A DNA stretch of 64,000 bases, taken from NCBI RefSeq assembly GCF_008831285.2, contig NC_045138.2:12524001-12588000 (forward strand). The letters are read 5' to 3'. Source of the stretch: Nymphaea colorata (taxonomy: Eukaryota). The translations under genes and the position numbers were made by a program. The notes beneath the pieces are model-generated. The model saw only the letters and a program-made list of their open reading frames with translations, had not been told where the DNA came from and ran no database searches. Below are positions 62,006 to 64,000 of this stretch, piece after piece (within the stretch, counting starts at the first letter, position 1; every line of letters starts with the position of its first letter).

Positions 62006-62310
62006 GAAAATACTATCTTGCTGATGGTGATAGTGGATATCCAAACATTCTTGGCTTGCTATCTTTATATCAAGCTCATCAGTGTCATCTATCTGAATTT
62101 AACACCTTGGGGGCATGATGTATTACAACTTTAGAGAAACTGTTAATCATCAACATTCATTGGTAAGATCAACAGTTGAATGAGCATTTGGATTATTAAA
62201 GAGCAGTTCTGTCTACTAAAAGTACAAATGCCATTTCCTTATTGCAAACAAGTGATCATGTGTTAACCACTTGTGTTTTACGCAATTTTATTTTAGACCA
62301 TAATCCTCAT
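62006..62310 (+). pseudogene. PIF/Harbinger DDE transposase C-terminal remnant
   Basis: After tgtag: GKYYLADGDSGYPN...HLSEF...NHQHSLVRSTVE*AFGLLK...MPFPYCKQ...CVLRNFI. Confidence 0.88.
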
Positions 62311-62626
62311 GCAGACTGTTAAATCTTGATGAGAGTCTAGCTTATGATGTAACTGTGAGTACTTCTTTCTTAAGTTACCTTGAAAGTGCAACATAAACTG
62401 TTCAATGAGGTTCCAACAATGAGTTGTGCGCATTAATAACATCTTAGGTATTCATAGATCTTCGTAAGTGTGAGAAGGTGATGATACACTATTTTCTTGT
62501 GTGGTAGCCTGACACATTGTATTGTTCCTTTCGTTTTGTCGATGCTAAGCAGTTGTGATAAATTGCTAGTACAACATTTGATCTTCCTATAAAGGGTAAT
62601 TAATTGTTGCAAATAGGAAATCAACA

Positions 62627-62749
62627 ATGAAGCCCAAAGAGAAGTATTATTTTGTATTTGAAGGCCCGACAAGGGGAATATTACTTTGTTGAGAAGAATG
62701 TCATCCAGAAGTTTATCAATATCTAGGATTTTTTGTGGCTTTGTCATGA
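62627..62749 (+). pseudogene. Small viroplasmin / RNase H1 N-terminal hybrid-binding-domain (Cauli_VI-like) ORF remnant
   Basis: MKPKEKYYFVFEGPTRGILLC*EECHPEVYQYLG fits KYY.VF.G...GI...W.EC...V..Y.G, with the conserved Trp replaced by TGA (62690-62692). Confidence 0.68.
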
Positions 62750-63289
62750 TTTTTTAATATATTGTTCTACTTTGACGTACTTCCAAGTTCTGTCATTTGT
62801 CATTGGCATTTGCACTTCCAAATTTTCAACATGAATCCAAACTTTTTATCGTCATAATAATGAATAGTAAGTTACTATCATGTACTTGATAAATACTATT
62901 AGCATTTCAAAGATGCTTGTAAGTTCAATTGCAAGGTCAGGATGAATTCTTATCAAACTGACAATGGGGATGAATTTGGATTGAAGATCTCTTGTCAGTC
63001 TCAATTGATGAGTATCAGTCAATCCTCTACCAATTGTTCATGTTAAAAACAGATTTTTATGACAACAAAAAAGGGGGATCCAGGTCTTTATGACAGCTTC
63101 ATGGCCAACCAAGATATTGTTCATATTTATGTGATCTGGTTGTACTTAAGTGTCAGATTCAAATCCAAGTGCATGTATGAAAGGTCATGAATTAGATCAA
63201 ATTCATCCATGGGCTTTAAGGCTGTGTGTGGAATAAAAACCCCAAGACCTTTAAATGAGAGAAGGATAATTTTTTTTACAGAATTTTTT

Positions 63290-64000
63290 ACTTTTCTTCA
63301 AAAAGTGGAAATGGAGTTCAATTTATTTGGTGTTACTTATTTGCACATATTGCCCCAAAAATTTAATGAGGAGATTAGCTTAAAATCTTAATGCTCAAGT
63401 AACAGACAATAGATGTATGTGCTTCCTTTCAATGATTTCCATTTTGTTGAGGGGGTACACACAACTATGTAATTGTATAATTCCCTTGTTTTTGAAAAAT
63501 TCATCCATTTCTTGGTAGGTGAACTCTAGCCCATTATCAGATCCAAATTTCAAGATATTTGCTTTGACTTGACATTCAACATAACTGAAAAGTATTTTGT
63601 CAAATGTTTGGTTTCACATTTAAATCTCATAAGAAAAACCCACGTTGACTGTGTATAGTCATCTACCAAGCTTAGAAAGTAATGGGTTTTGGTGATAGAG
63701 GATTATGAACATGGTCCCCAAATGTCTCCATGAATTAATTCAAGTAATCATGTTCAATTAATTTTGCGGGCATCCAATGGGAGTGTAGTTTGCTTGGATA
63801 CAACACACACTTCACATAATCATTTAGAAAAGATAAGTTCACAATTGTTACCTCAAAATAGTTTATTTCTAGAAAATGTGGGTTGCCCCTATCTCCAGTG
63901 CTACATATCAAAGTTTGAACTTGCAACATTTTCAAGGACACAAATAACATCACTTTTTGACTAGGACTGACAGAACTAAAGCTATTGCAAAGTTTAAAGG
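63290..64000 (-). mobile_element. Partial degenerate Copia element 3 (integrase), running off the window edge
   Basis: LELIHGDIWGP, HYFLSLVDDYTQSTWVFLM, SDNGLEF and ERKHIHLL on the minus strand. Confidence 0.88.

Overview
Plant (angiosperm-type) nuclear DNA, read by eye. It holds one intact protein-coding gene: an 11-exon, minus-strand TGA10-like bZIP/DOG1 transcription factor (ATG 16755, stop 48-50, about 473 aa). The gene has a GC-AG intron, upstream ORFs and a 10.3-kb last intron filled by a decayed LINE with a Copia element nested in it. Upstream (17-21 kb) lie a TATA box, a hAT MITE and a CpG-rich island unusually dense in TGACG (TGA-binding) motifs. The rest (21-64 kb) is a transposon nest. 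It contains two non-autonomous CACTA elements, a decayed PIF/Harbinger element (Myb/SANT ORF, split transposase, small viroplasmin/RNase H1 hybrid-binding-domain ORF) and two ~6-7 kb Ogre/Tat-like LTR pieces in opposite orientation. It also holds two more Copia elements, a hAT deletion derivative, a LINE ORF1 fragment and a PUB33-like host-gene fragment. Most element ends are supported by visible TSDs. I cannot support a wholly new biological system. The best leads are the Harbinger third ORF, the putative TGA autoregulatory enhancer and the unexplained gene-capturing insert. Family assignments come from recalled motifs, not database searches.
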